NCBI GenBank assembly: GCA_963728565.1
Contig: CAVSLC010000023.1
Location: 285,427-349,426, forward strand
Length of the DNA stretch: 64,000 nucleotides
Reading direction: 5' to 3'
Origin: an uncultured delta proteobacterium
GTDB taxonomy: Bacteria > Desulfobacterota > Binatia > UBA9968
A program made the position numbers and the translations under genes. The notes beneath the pieces are model-generated. The model did not search any database. It was not told where the DNA came from and worked only from the letters and a program-made list of their open reading frames with translations. Below are positions 63,177 to 64,000 of this stretch, piece after piece (the first letter of the stretch is position 1; the number at the start of each line of letters is the position of its first letter).

Positions 63177-64000
63177 AATGAGCCCTGGATAGATTTTTAT
63201 TTTTCGCCGCGGTTTGCCTGTGTCCAGAGCGCTTCTGAGATCCACTAAACAGAGTCAGCAGCGATACGTTGGGAGATCAGTGCCCGGACGGCTCGGACTT
63301 GGATCGAAAGCCTCTTCAAAGGGTTTGAGCAACTGCGCATCGAACAAAAGCTCATGACCTTCTTCAGTTCTTCGTCCGATCTATACACCAGTCATCCGTC
63401 GCCAAAACTCATTTGCTGCGATATCGCTCTGCACATGATTGATTTTGTATACGATACTACCGGTCAGAGCGAAGAAATTTGTCAATTTTTCAATGAGACA
63501 AGCTAGCGGTTCCCTCTCGCCTGGATGAACGTTATCTAAAAGGGCTCCCATTATATAACCAGCCATATCAGCTTAATCCAGCACCTTCTTTGGTTTGCCA
63601 ACAACGTGGCGATCGCGCGCTAACTGTTAGATTGAAGTGACCCCCGGCCACGTCGATGTGCCGGGAGGTTAAGATGCTCGGACTGGTATGTCGTAGCCCG
63701 TCAAGCGCGTCGTATCCTGAGTATCGATACAACAAGCACCGAGTCTTTCAGATCCTCGGGCTATGAGTAACCTAAATGTACGGTTCAGCTCTTCGACGAA
63801 GATAGTTTGTTGGGCATGTGTGGAGCGAGAATTTCCGATACGGAACTTAGATGGGAGCGGTGCTTCGCTAGATGTCAATGGACCAAACTATTCGAGTATC
63901 GCTTACGACCAGCGGCGGCAAGTTACCCGTCAATGCGTTGGCACCTTTACGGCAATCAAGTCCGGAGAAATAAAGCCCATGCAGCTTCGGTTCACGGAAA

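Noticed and set aside
63177-64000. Short ORFs at the right end
   Set aside because: No recognisable family; may be the array boundary or degraded sequence, and cannot be called.

Overview
Bacterial genomic DNA. The gene content, with many orphan NitT/TauT and Bug/TctC solute-binding proteins, xanthine-dehydrogenase-family enzymes and amidohydrolases, resembles Candidatus Binatia-type soil Deltaproteobacteria; this assignment is inference only. Positions 1-11.5 kb hold a Fe3+/polyamine-type ABC transporter, katG, a monoheme cytochrome c, a truncated USP and a GNAT/acyl-CoA-synthetase fusion. From 11.6 to 63.2 kb there is an uninterrupted plus-strand catabolic gene array of about 45 genes headed by an IclR regulator. 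It encodes four molybdo-hydroxylase large subunits (but only two FAD and two 2Fe-2S subunits), UbiD, two amidohydrolase-2 enzymes, two split TPP-dependent decarboxylases, two arylmalonate-decarboxylase/maleate-isomerase-like proteins, a Rieske oxygenase, a GGT-family amidase, four SDRs, an LLM monooxygenase, VOC and YciI proteins, 11 solute-binding proteins and three DUF3891-like paralogues with an HD-type metal motif. The best candidate for an undescribed system is the repeated coupling of these DUF3891-like proteins with a duplicated Mo-hydroxylase. The two enzyme copies share a 448-nt near-identical tract in which only one amino acid differs. Many genes carry single-base frameshifts, most likely long-read sequencing errors. 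I found no rRNA, tRNA, CRISPR array or transposase. All family calls come from motif recognition by eye, not database searches.
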